A stretch of DNA of 64,000 nt from Octopus sinensis (taxonomy: Eukaryota): contig NC_043003.1 in NCBI RefSeq assembly GCF_006345805.1, positions 101,494,001-101,558,000 on the forward strand, given 5' to 3'. Under the pieces are notes generated by a model that saw only the letters and a list, made by a program, of their open reading frames with translations, did no database searches and had not been told where the DNA came from. Made by a program: the position numbers and the translations under genes. This document shows, one piece after another, positions 1 to 12,439 of this stretch (its first letter is position 1; each line of letters starts with the position of its first letter).

Positions 1-181
1 ATATGTATATATGTATGTGTATGTATATATATATATGTATGTGTATGTATATATGTATGTGTATGTATATATATATGTATGTGTATGTATATATATATAT
101 GTATGTATATATGTATGTGTATGTATATATATATATATATGTATGTATATATGTATGTGTATGTATATATGTATGTGTATG

Positions 182-214
<33 letters not shown>

Positions 215-733
215 ATATGTATGTGTATGTATGTATATATATATATGTATATATGTATGTGTATGTATATATATATATATGTATATATGTATGTGTATGT
301 ATATATGTATATATGTATGTGTATATATATATGTATGTATGTGTATGTATATATATATATATGTATGTATGTGTATGTATATATATATATATGTATGTAT
401 ATATGTATGTGTATGTATATATTTATATATGTATGTATATATGTATGTGTATGTATATATTTATATATGTATGTATATATGTATGTGTATGTATATATAT
501 ATATATGTATGTATATATGTATGTGTATGTATATATATATATGTATGTATATATGTATGTGTATGTATATATATATTATATATATGTATATATGTATGTG
601 TATGTATATATATATATAATATGTATGTATATATGTATGTGTATGTATATATATATATATATGTATGTAATATGTATGTGTATGTATATATATATATATA
701 TATGTATGTATATATGTAATATGTATGTGTATG

Positions 734-764
<31 letters not shown>

Positions 765-783
765 ATATGTATATATGTATGTG

Positions 784-824
<41 letters not shown>

Positions 825-883
825 ATATGTATGTGTATGTATATATATATATATATATATGTATGTATATATGTATGTGTATG

Positions 884-914
<31 letters not shown>

Positions 915-925
915 ATATGTATGTG

Positions 926-966
<41 letters not shown>

Positions 967-1294
967 ATATGTATGTGTAATGTATATATATATATATATA
1001 TGTATGTATATATGTATGTGTATGTATGTATGTATATATGTATGTGTATGTATATATATATATATATATGTGGTATATGTATGTGTATGTATATAATATA
1101 TTATATATATATATGTATGTGTATATATATATATATATATATGTATGTATATATGTATTGTTATATATATATATATATATGTATGTATATATGTATGTTA
1201 TGTATGTGTATTATATATATATATATATATGTATGTATATATGTATGTGTATGTTATATATATATATATATGTATGTATATATGTATGTGTATG

Positions 1295-1328
<34 letters not shown>

Positions 1329-1539
1329 ATATATGTATGTATATAGTATGTGTATGTTATAATATATATATGTATGTGTATGTATATATATATTATCTGT
1401 TGTGATGTTATGTATATATATATATTATGTATGTATATGTATGTGTGTATATATATATATATATATATTATGAATATATGTATGTTGTATCTATATAGAT
1501 ATATTATATATATATAATATATATATGTATGTATATATG

Positions 1540-1578
<39 letters not shown>

Positions 1579-1588
1579 ATATGTAGTG

Positions 1589-1623
<35 letters not shown>

Positions 1624-2099
1624 GTATATAATATATATATATGTATGTATATAGTATGTGTATATATATATGTATATATATATGTATATATATATGTATG
1701 TATGTGTATATATATATATGTATATATATATGTATGTATGTGTATATATATATATAGATATGTATGTATATATGTATGTGTATATATATATATATATATA
1801 TATGTATTATATATGTATGTGTGTGTATTATATATATATATTATATAATCTAATGCATGTATATATGTATGTGTGTATATTATAATATATATATAGCATG
1901 TAATATGTATGTGTATATATATATATATCTATATATATGCATGTATATATGTATGTGTATATGTATATATGTATGTGTATATATATATATGTATGTGTAT
2001 ATATATATATGTATGTATATATGTATGTGTATATATATATATATATATATTATGTATGTGTATATATATATATATGTATGTATGTTATATATGTATGTG

Positions 2100-2130
<31 letters not shown>

Positions 2131-2312
2131 ATATGTATGTTATATATATATATATATATGTATGTATTATATATGTATGTGTATATATATATATATTGTA
2201 TGTATAATATGTTTATGTGTATTATATATATGTATGTATATATGTATGTTATATATATATATATGTATTATATATGTATGTGTATATATATATATATGTA
2301 TATATGTATGTG

Positions 2313-2353
<41 letters not shown>

Positions 2354-2388
2354 GTGTATGGTATATATATATATATATGTTATATATG

Positions 2389-2428
<40 letters not shown>

Positions 2429-2681
2429 ATATATGTATCTGTATATATATATATGTATGTATATATGTATTGTAGATATATATATATATATATATATGTA
2501 TGTAATATGTATGTGGTATATCTGTATGTATATATGTATGTGTATATATATATATATAATGTATGTATATATGTAGTGTATGTATATATGTATGTGTATG
2601 TATATATATATATATGTATGTATATATGTATGTGTTATGTATATATATATATATATATGTATGTATATATGTATGTGTATG

Positions 2682-2714
<33 letters not shown>

Positions 2715-2981
2715 ATATGTATGTGTATGTATATATATATGTATGTATATATGTATGTGTATGTATATATATATATATATATGTATGTATATATGTATGC
2801 GAATGTATATATATATATATGTATGTATATATGTATGTGTATGTATATATATATATATATAGGTATGTATATATGTATGTGTATGTATATATATATATAT
2901 GTATGTATATATGTATGTGTATGTATATATATATATATGTATGTATATATGTATGTGTATGTATATATATATATGTATGTG

Positions 2982-3024
<43 letters not shown>

Positions 3025-3168
3025 ATGTATTATATATATATATATATGTATGTATGTGTGTATATATATATATATATGTATGTATATATGTATGTGTATG
3101 TATATATATATATGTATGTATATATGTATGTGTATGTATATATATATATAATATATATATATATATAA
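1..3168. repeat. Long compound (TA)n/(TATG)n microsatellite with a higher-order unit ~ATGTATGTATATATGTATGTGTATGT(AT)n
   Basis: Over 3 kb of almost pure alternating purine-pyrimidine sequence. The M/Y/I/C/V-rich ORFs here are translation artefacts. Probably intronic to NOL11. Confidence 0.98.
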
Positions 3169-3500
3169 TGTAGGTCCCGGGTTGAGTCGGGGTTAATCAC
3201 AGTAAATAAGGTACTCAATACATAGCAGAGTAAATTAATTTATTTTATAGAAGGAGCTTCTACAGGACTAGAACTGTTTCATTCAAAAGAAATCATCAGG
3301 AAGCTAGGTGACAAGAGTAGTTTTGGCATTTATACATTTAGGCAGGTTTAAAGAGGTGGTGGTGGGGGACTTTTTTGGGGTAGGCATGGCGCAAACTATC
3401 ATTCTTAGGGGAGTGGTCAAAGGAATCAGTGGTAAAGTAGATAAAAGAATAAATAAAAGAATAAATAGAAAAATAGTTTTAGGTAAATAAGGAGACTCTC
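3169..3500 (-). mobile_element. Penelope-like element terminal fragment (non-autonomous), inserted in a (TA)n tract
   Basis: Unique sequence between TA tracts that carries a type I hammerhead motif. Shares AAATAAGGTACTCA with the sequence at ~20889. The Penelope assignment rests on the known hammerhead/Penelope association. Confidence 0.55.
3255..3305 (-). ncRNA. Type I hammerhead ribozyme motif
   Basis: Minus strand reads AGCUUC-CUGAUGA-U-UUC-UUUU-GAA-U-GAAA-CAG-UUCUAGUC-CUG-UA-GAAGCU: perfect 6-bp stem I, full core, 3-bp stem II over a U-U, stem III, GUA cleavage triplet. Confidence 0.75.
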
Positions 3501-3520
3501 ATTTATATATATATTATACA

Positions 3521-3585
<65 letters not shown>

Positions 3586-3832
3586 TACATACACACACAC
3601 ACATGTACATATACACATACCACACATACACATATGTATACATATACATACATACATACACATATACATATATACACATACACACATACACCCATATACA
3701 CATGTACATATGTACCCATATACATGTATCTACGTACATGCCCATACCCATACTCATACATACACTTATATATGTCTACACACATATATATATAAAGGGG
3801 ATATACACCCTCATACACACACGCTCCCATAT

Positions 3833-3873
<41 letters not shown>

Positions 3874-4622
3874 TATATATACACACACACACATACACAT
3901 ACATATACATGCACACACATACACACACATTTCTTCCCTTATTTTAATTTTATTTTTATTTTTTACTTTTGTTTTTATTTTTATTTTTATCTTGACCTCG
4001 GCCAGCCAACCCGGCACTGAAGTGATGTCGTCCCAAGGGAACTAGTCTAAAGAATCCATTTATTGCCCCTCTCCCTTCCTTTCTATCTTTCTACTCACTG
4101 ATACGAACACAAACACTCACACACACACTCACACGTACACTCATACACATACACACACGCACGTGTTATGTTCATACATACATACATCTACATACATGCA
4201 CGTATATACACATACGTACACGTACCTACAAATTCATATCTACACGCATACACATACATACATCTATACACCCACAGAAGACTAGTCCATACATATACAC
4301 AAATAAATATATATACATATACATATACACATACATACACATACATAAATGTATACATGCATGCATGTATGTACTTATGTGTATATATAGATGCGCGCGT
4401 GTGTGTGTATGTATGTGTATATATGTATATATATACATGTGTGTATATATATGTGTATGTATGTGTATATGTGTATGGGTATATATGTGTATATGCATGT
4501 ATGTATGTGTATGTGTGTACATGTATGGACTTGTTGGGTTTCTTTTTTATATATGTAGATAGATGTGTGTGCGTGTGTATTAGTATGTGCTTGTGTATAT
4601 ATACGTGTATGTATATGTATAG
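3501..4622. repeat. Compound (TA)n/(CA)n/(CATA)n/(TATG)n microsatellites with a short unique spacer (3930-4100)
   Basis: Seen directly. The H/I/Y/T- and V/Y/M/C-rich ORFs are artefacts. Confidence 0.95.
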
Positions 4623-7050
4623 ACTACCTCGATTACCTTATCTACCCATTTCTCCGCAAGAAGTATACCCACGCCCCCGACCCCGTCAGTGTTCCCTGCC
4701 CAGAAAATCTTGTACCTGTGTTCCTTGCCTGTGAGGAGCCTAGCGGAGCCTCCTCTCCACCTTACTTCCTGGATGCAGCATAAATCCAACGTCTCCGTTC
4801 AAGCAGCTCAACAATCTCTCCAGACCTACCTTTCAATGTGCCAACATTGAGTGTGCCATTCATCTATCCCTAGTTTCCTCATTGACCACCAGATAGGGGA
4901 TCGGGAGACCCTGTCGCAGGCTTTCTCCATGTCAACGAAAGCCAGGTATGGGGCTTATCGTTGGCTTGGTATTTCTCCTGCAGCTGTCTTACCAGGAATA
5001 TAGCATCAGTGGTACTTTTCCCTGGCACGAACCCAAACTGCATCTCATCTAAACTAACTCTCTCTAATTAGTTGGGCTGTGACCTTCTCCATGACCTTCA
5101 TTACTTGATCCAGCAACTTGATACCTCTGTAATTATTTGTATCTAGAGCGTCACCTTTACCTTTGTAGCAGTTGACTATTATGCTGCTACACCAGTCATT
5201 GGGTATGACTCCTCTGTGTATCACCTGGTTAACTATACGGATGACTAGGCTATAGCCAACACTGCCAGACATTTTGAGCATCTCTGCAGTGATTCCTGAT
5301 GGGCCAGGGGCTTTCCCTGCTTTCATACTCTTAATTGCTTTAACTACCAAGGAACTATCAACTCGGATAGCTGGTCCCTCTGTTGGGTCGACAATCAGCA
5401 GACTCTCTTTCTCCTATTCATTTTCTTTGTTCAGCAAACTTTCATAGTGGCATCTCCAAACCTCTCTCTTTGCAGCCTCATTTAGTGTAAGAGAACCATA
5501 ATCCATGCGGACATATTTCTCTCCTACAACATCACGATTCTCTCTCACACACTGTCTTGCAACACGAAATACCTCCAGTCTTTGGTCCTCACGGCGCAGA
5601 ACATTGGCAAATTTTTTCTTATCTACTTCCCCTCTGGCTAAATACACCTGCCTCCTAGCTTCCCTTCTGGCAGTCTGATACACTTCCCTGCTACCACCAT
5701 TCTTCTAGCCCTTCCAAGCCTGTTTCTTTTGTCTAATAGCCTTGTCAACAACATTGTTCCAGCACCACGTTATTTTGGGTCTTGAGGGGACTTTGCACCA
5801 TCCACAGATCTGGTCAGTAGCTCTCAGCAGGTTGTCCCTTAGAAACCTCCAGTTGTCTTCTACCCCATGTGAAGCTATATCCCCTTCTATTTCGTCAAAG
5901 GCTTCAAGTAATATGTCCCTAAATCTCTGTCAATTTGCAGGATCTTTAAGCTTCCAGACCCTTCTTCTCCGTGTTGGTCGTCTTCTGGTCGTCCTCTTAG
6001 TCCTGATCCTAAAGTCACTAACTACCAGTCTATGTTGTGGGTTACATTCTTCGCCTGGGAAGGTTTTGGCATTTATAAGCAGCCATCTTTCCCTTTTCCT
6101 GGCAAGGATGTAGTCAATTTGGCTAGTATGTTGGCCTGATCGGTAGGTGGCTGGTAGGTTTCCTGAAGTTAGTGTTGCAAACCATAAGATCATTTGCATC
6201 GCAGAACTCCAGCAGCCTGGTTCCCTCTTCATTGCGGGAACCATAAGCGTAGCCTCCATGTACACCATGGAAGCCCCCAGCATGTTGTCCAACATGCCCA
6301 TTGAAGTCACCAGCCACAAAGAGAAGGTCTCTGTCATTCGTCAACGAGGTAGTCTGCAGTAGGGTGTCATAGAATCGGTCTTTCTGTCCATCGGGTAGCC
6401 CAGGCTGAGGGGCATGGGCCAAGATAATGGTTGCTAATCCATGATGAAGCACTAATCCAATTTTGAGTATTCTGTCACATACTCTGATTACCTCAATTAC
6501 CTTATCTACCCATTTTTCAGCGAGAAGTATACACACGCCCCCGACCTCGTCAATGTTCCCTGCCCAGAAAATCTTCTACCTGTGTTCTTTGTCTGTGAGG
6601 AACCTAGCAGAACCTCCTCTCCACCTAACTTCCTGGATGCAGCATGTATCAGCACATCTCCGTTCAAGCATCTCAACAATCTCGCCGGACCTACCTTTCA
6701 GTGTGCCAACCCTGAGGGTGTGGGTGGTATGGGCCCTATACCATGGGACGGTGGACAGTAGCTTCATGTACCTGAAAAGAAAACTCGCATTTGGCAGAAT
6801 TCATGAGCAAGCAATACAGTAGCCTTTAATTCAACCTGCATAGCACTACCCTTTCATATTTTGCACTATAAGAACATTACCTTACATAGGAGAATAGCCC
6901 GAGACTGGGGGTGGGGATGGCAAAATGCCTTTAGCAGTGTTCATGGGAGGCAACCAGGAATGGTAAAGGATAGGAACTTCCAGTACAGGTGGAGGGGGTG
7001 ACAGGGCAGGTGCACCTCTAACTAGGAAGAGGGTCAGCTAATCGTGGTTT
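4623..7050 (-). mobile_element. Decayed RTE-clade non-LTR retrotransposon (APE endonuclease plus N-terminal half of RT), with a second endonuclease fragment at 4623-4860
   Basis: Motifs VGTLKGRSGEIVEMLERR, CCIQEVRWRG, AGDFNGHVG, SQIDYIL, QHRLVVSD, GKAPGPSGITAEMLK, YKGKGDALDTNNYRGIKLL and QFGFVPGKSTTDAIFLVRQLQEKY. Many stops and frameshifts. The 5' boundary is approximate. Confidence 0.92.
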
Positions 7051-8055
7051 AACGAGAGACCAAAAAAGTAGGTTTGAAAAATCTGAGAAAGGCAAATTTT
7101 AGGGAATAGAGAAGTGGCTGTGTGATAAGACTTTAATAGCTGAGTGAATCAATGAATATAAGGTTATCTTCGGAAGCAACAAGGAAGACAAGACTATCGA
7201 AAAGTATACTTACATGATGGCATGATTACTGGACTAGACAGAATAATGATATGTGCAAAAATAGTAGGTAGATGAAGTGAGGTTGAAAGAAGAATATTCC
7301 TATCTTTTATCCGTTCATGAGCGATCCGTTATTCTTTGGTAGGGGTTACGAAGTGAGTGGGAGTCCTGTTATGCATTCGCTAGTTCATAATAGGGCGATG
7401 GCGGTGGAAGGAGGTCTAGGTGAAGCAAGTGGTTATGGAAAGAGGGAGACATAGTGAAACATAGGGAGAGAGACAGAGTTAGTTAGGGAGGGGGAGAAGT
7501 GGTCAAGAGACACACGGGAGGAAACATTTTGAGGGTGTCTGACTGGCATAGTTTAAACGAGACAGCAATGTTGATAATATTTAAGATAGACTTGAAAAAA
7601 GTAAAATCTGAGTTCGTCAGGCAATCTAAGACAAAGTTTAGAGAATACATAGGTGGCTGTGTGATAACACTTTAATGGATGAATCAATGAATATGTTGGG
7701 TTGAGGAAATATGTGGACCTATATGTACATACATATATGTGCCAAAATTTCACACATTTATTTTGTGGACAGTTCCAAAAGCTAGTGAATCACTCAGCAA
7801 TTTTCAAGTACTTCTTACTCCAGTAAATTATATTCTCCTCTGGTATCTGTATACATGCATCCTGGTCAGTAGGGTTATTGAGAGCTAAATATGTTAGACC
7901 AAGACACAAAATACTAACCTCTTCACACCTCACAGTTTGTCCAGTTCTCCATTGACAGTAGTTGTCATTTATCATACAATAAAGATAAATGTTAATCGAT
8001 TGATGTTAAAGTAAATATATTCTTATGAGAACCTTTTCATTTTGTACTCATGTAG

Positions 8056-8163
8056 ATTGTTGATTGGATATCAGCGACTGTTGATGCTCATGTCTTACAA
8101 ATGGTCATCTCACCAGACACAAAACAGCTACTCTCTATTTTATATAACACCATTGAAAAAAGG
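8056..8163 (+). CDS. NOL11: Nucleolar protein 11, penultimate coding exon (IVDWISATVDAHVLQMVISPDTKQLLSILYNTIEKR)
   Basis: tgtag acceptor, |gtaaga donor, 108 nt, phase 0/0. The peptide aligns with the recalled vertebrate NOL11 C-terminal segment [36 protein letters not shown]. Confidence 0.8.
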
Positions 8164-9614
8164 GTAAGAAAACCTTTTTCTGTATAATTATTCTTGGTAT
8201 GAATGAGTGTTGTCTACACAAATATATTTGAATATTTAATTAATTAGAGCATGCACTTATAAAATGTTTAATGAATTCTTTCCTTCAAATAACAAAACAC
8301 TTTCAGCCTCCTTCAATTTTCTTGACCAATCGCTCTTCAGGTAACAAATCCTCCACCTTTTTGCTGAAAGATTATAACAGTCACAAGTGAAATCTTATCA
8401 CTGACAGAAATAAGATCTCACAGCAAGATATTTATTTTCACATAATGACATGATGAAAATATTCTCAGCATACCTTCTATATGCTGAACATATAGCTGTG
8501 TGCAGACCAACTCACTTAACATTGTTATCCAAAAAGAATTTTTAATCTACTGTAATTACCCATGAAATAGAAAGAAAAATTATTAGAGTTGAATTTCAGA
8601 GTTACTTCCCCTTATTGACAAATTAATACTAATCTTTGTTTTATTTTTTAATGTCAAGAGCGATTTCAGTTGATTAAAAATTAGTTTTGGTTAACATTAA
8701 ATATGTTAACTTGCACTTAACTAGATCTTTCACAGAATTAACTACTTGACTTAGAAGTTACAGTGGTATTACCGCTGAGTAGTATACTTTGCAGATCTAA
8801 AAACCAGTTATAGTAAAGATCTCTTGTTGACATTGTTTCCTTAGAAATGTGTATATTACCACAGTCAACATGACAGGTAGCTGCAGGATGGGAGCTTTAA
8901 GAAGCAACAGATCCTTAGGTGCAAATAAAATGTATGTGCTTGTGTGTTTTGGTGACAGTCTTTCATTTAGAAATCTTTACTTTTAATAAGCTTGTGTTAT
9001 TCATAATTTTTGGTTTTGATAGGTGTATATCATTGGTTCTTAACTAGAATTCCTATGGCCCCTGAGGGTCCATGCAACAAAATAGTAAATTGTGGATCCA
9101 TAGTTTTTTGAGGGCCCCTGAAAAACTTTTGTTGTAGATGTATTGCAAGAAACATCTGGGTTTCTTTCTCTAACATTTTACATTGTTCAACCTACACAAG
9201 TTAGTGAAAAACAATAGAAGTTTTGAAAGAAGTTTAAGAATAACTATGGGAGTCCACCAGAATATAATAGTAATCAAGGGGATCCATAGATAAAAAAAAT
9301 GATTGGGAAGCACTAGTGAGGATGGATAGTAGAGGTGAGATGTTGGGATCTACCCTCAAGGTACAACACAGAATATAGAGAGTGAATAGGGACAGAATTG
9401 AGGGTGGCTGTGTTGGTAGGTTCACAAAAAATATGAAAGATAATTAGGAGTGAGGATAGAGGCAAATCCAGTGAACATGGGGTCAATAGTGAATTTCAGT
9501 GGGGTGGGGTGGGGTCAAGGAAAATAGGAGTTGGTCACAAAGGAGATGCGAGGTGAGTGTGTGTTTCATATATTTTCAAGCTGCTAAATGACGTTCTTAA
9601 TTTGTTTCTTGCAG

Positions 9615-9740
9615 GTGGAATTTGTTGATCAGCTTGCCAGCATTGAAGCCTATTTAACTCAAATGAATCGTAAAAATATACTTCTCAATAAGAAACAAGA
9701 TATTGGCCAGTATTGCATTAGAACACTGCATATTCCATAG
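9615..9740 (+). CDS. NOL11: Nucleolar protein 11, last coding exon (VEFVDQLASIEAYLTQMNRKNILLNKKQDIGQYCIRTLHIP*)
   Basis: tttgtttcttgcag acceptor, in frame with 8056-8163, TAG stop. GQYCIRTLHI matches the recalled NOL11 terminal GLYSIEVLEL. AATAAA follows the stop closely. Confidence 0.8.
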   Translation: MEFVDQLASIEAYLTQMNRKNILLNKKQDIGQYCIRTLHIP

Positions 9741-9749
9741 CACTTTATA

Positions 9750-9755
9750 AATAAA
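9750..9755 (+). terminator. Candidate polyadenylation signal of NOL11
   Basis: AATAAA 9 nt after the stop, with a T/GT-rich tract at ~9778-9795. Confidence 0.55.
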
Positions 9756-11359
9756 GCTTTTAATATTTTATAAAATATTGTTTTGGTGTTTCTAGGTCTT
9801 CGTTAAAGATACTGCAGGGATGTAAATATGATTTGTTATGAGTCAAGTACTTGGGTTTAGTAGGGGAAAACCTAAAATGGTATTGTGCAACATTCATACC
9901 TTTCTCAAACGGTATACACTGAAAGCAAAAGAATGTGACATTATCTAGTTGTTTTGAACTCCTGGTACTCTCAGATGCCCCTGTAGGATATCATCATTTA
10001 ACATCCATCTTTCATGCTAGCCTGGGTTGGAGAGTTTGACAAGACCTCATGAGCCAAGGGACTGCATTGAACTCCAATATCTGCTTTGGCATATTCTCTA
10101 AAGTTGCCTGCCAGCCACATCAGTGTGTATTGGGTGCTAGAATCTAAGTTAATACAGGTAAACAAACTACAATTAACTGCATAAATTCATAGGTCACTAG
10201 CAAATATTTAATCAAATGTGTTCCAAAGATATGATTTGAACTTAACACACATCTAGCATCATAATAACCACTTTCCCATACTTGCATGGATCAGATGGGA
10301 TTTATGGAGGCAGATTTTCTATGGTTGAGTGATCTTCCTGTCGCCAGCCTCCAGCTGTTTCCAAGCAAAGTAATATTTTTTCATGATGTGACCGTTTTTC
10401 ACAGAAGATTAGATATGCAGAACATTTTTATGCTGACACTTGTTTATGACTATCACATATTATCAAGACATGGAGGCATGCAAACACATATATACAATGG
10501 GCTTTTTTTTTTTCAGTTTCCATCTACCAAATCTACCCACAAGGCTTTGGCTAGTTTAGAGATCTAACAAAAGATAGTTGCCTGAGGTGTCACACAGCAT
10601 AACCAAACTCATCTGGTTGGAAAGTAAACTTCTTAACCACAGAAATTACATCTTTTTACTAAGTAGGTTAAACTTTTTAAAATTAAGCTACCTGGCTACA
10701 GACACTGGTTAATGTTGCTGGCAGAATACAAGCAACTATACCAGCACATCCAACCATATATTGGATTCTGCTATGTGACTGTCACAAGCCACTGCTGTAT
10801 GATCTATCATTCATTGTTACAGCAAATCTTCAGTGTTGATATTAGTTTTACCATAAGGTAACTTGCTGTTACAAATCTGCTAAAACAGTTCTAACAGGCT
10901 CCCCAACAAAATTTGAAAGATTGTATATCCAAGATTTTGAACTTTTGTGGATCATGAATATGATTGGACAGAACTGAAGACAACAGTCAAGCACTAATTC
11001 AACTTCTACACTAACAAGGAGTGTAAATCTGATCAAAATAACAAATAGTTATGTAAACAATGAATTATCTGATAGATCATTGCATGATGAATGATGTATA
11101 TTGGACTGAGTATCTTACAGAATTCACATCCTGGGGCTAGGTTCCATCTTGGTAGAATTTGCTTTTCATCTCTCAAAGTTTAGTAAAATAATTTCAATAT
11201 TAGAATGCACTTAAAGTAACAATTTAAAACATGGGATCCTAGCCATTCCACTGATGACATAAAAGACAAGAAAATGAAATATTACTAAATCGCTACTATA
11301 TTCCAGTATCTATCCCACTAATTATTCACTATAACTGTTCACCTTTTTAATTAGTCTTG

Positions 11360-11713
11360 TTTTATCAGATCCGGCCCAAATAGTAGACCTGTTTTATGTT
11401 CAAACTAACCATATTCAGCTTCCCACAGTGCTACGTCTTTTTGTCCAATGAGAAATCCTATCAAAATTCTCAAAGATTATTTGATTTTGATATTCACCTT
11501 GTTTTCTAAAGAGTTTATTTAAAATTGGACAAAAAGTCAAACAAAAATATCATTGGACAAAGATGTCTGACCAAAAGATGTGGACGAAGTGACAGAAAGA
11601 CAGGTTGCGGCCTTCCACACCCACACCCATCATCAAACTCCCAATGCAGAAAGATAATGTATCAATAATTCCAAACAATGTGAATAAATAAAAATAATCT
11701 GAATGCTAAAGGG
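11360..11713. mobile_element. Degenerate TTAA-type (piggyBac-like) MITE; related copy in the opposite orientation at 45502-45702
   Basis: Ends in ATGCTAAAGGG|TTAA. The internal CCTGTTTTATGTTCAAAC matches the reverse complement in the 45502-45702 copy. Confidence 0.55.
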
Positions 11714-12303
11714 TTAAGGAATAAAATCTATCTAAAGACTATGTAGTTAATGAAACTCGCTCCACAACTGCAGTTCCAGGTTCAGCATGGCTTCAGTTTG
11801 ACCAATATCTTGCATGAAATTTGGTAGGTGAAAACTGTGTGCATTCACTAATATAATTTATCATTTAAATGTTTACTTTTTCACGCTTAAATGGATGAGA
11901 TTTGCTGAGGCAGAGTTTGTATGGGTGGATCCCTTCCTGTTATCAAACCTCACCTATTTTTACAAACAGGATAATATATCCCCATGGCTGGACATGCTAT
12001 CATGGAAGACTGGAAGTAAAGGACCCTACATGAATGATGACGTCACTTATTGATATCTATCAAAGGAAAGTCAAACACACACACACACACACACAACAAG
12101 CTCCTTTTAGTTTTCATCTACCAGATCTGATCACAAGGCTTTGATTGATTGGCCCAGTGCTTTAACAGAAGACACTTGCCGCAAAACTACATGAAACTTT
12201 AGACCAATAAAGTTTGTACCAGACTGAATTGTACTCCCCACCTCTGGCAAGGCTGCAGTTAAATGACTGAAAATAGTAATAAAATAAAATTCAATAGAAG
12301 ACT

Positions 12304-12309
12304 TTTATT
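12304..12309 (-). terminator. Candidate polyadenylation signal of ANAPC16
   Basis: AATAAA on the minus strand about 26 nt after the TGA. Confidence 0.55.
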
Positions 12310-12335
12310 AGTTAAAATATAATCAAAATACATCC

Positions 12336-12439
12336 TCAATTAAGCCCAATCAGATTCTCTATAGCTGGATATTGCCAGTCATTTTCAGCCAAAGATTTTG
12401 CCTTTTGACGTAAATTTTTCATCCGTTGTTCATGGAGAT
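12336..12439 (-). CDS. ANAPC16: Anaphase-promoting complex subunit 16, last exon ((D)LHEQRMKNLRQKAKSLAENDWQYPAIENLIGLN*)
   Basis: Strong tatttatttttcag acceptor, phase 1. Aligns with recalled human APC16 [32 protein letters not shown] (D-W, IE-L-G motif). Confidence 0.82.

Noticed and set aside
3990-4050. GC-rich island considered as an HDV-like ribozyme
   Set aside because: I could not build the nested double pseudoknot (P1/P1.1/P2/P3).
3-4734. Many long ORFs (up to 427 aa) rich in M/Y/I/C/V or H/T/Y
   Set aside because: They are translations of TA/TG/CA microsatellite that lacks stop codons. No splice or protein signal.
8303-8363. Minus-strand exon-like stretch (KKVEDLLPEERLVKKIEGG*) with a tttcag acceptor; also a 34-nt + strand AG..GT stretch at 8307-8340
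   Set aside because: Phase 2 is incompatible with ANAPC16 exon 1 and it lies beyond that gene's poly(A) signal. The + strand version would frameshift NOL11. No recognisable homology.
9553-9614. Apparent 62-nt intron (GAG|gtgagt ... gcag)
   Set aside because: The upstream sequence is purine-rich and not NOL11-like, while 8163 supplies the in-frame homologous donor.
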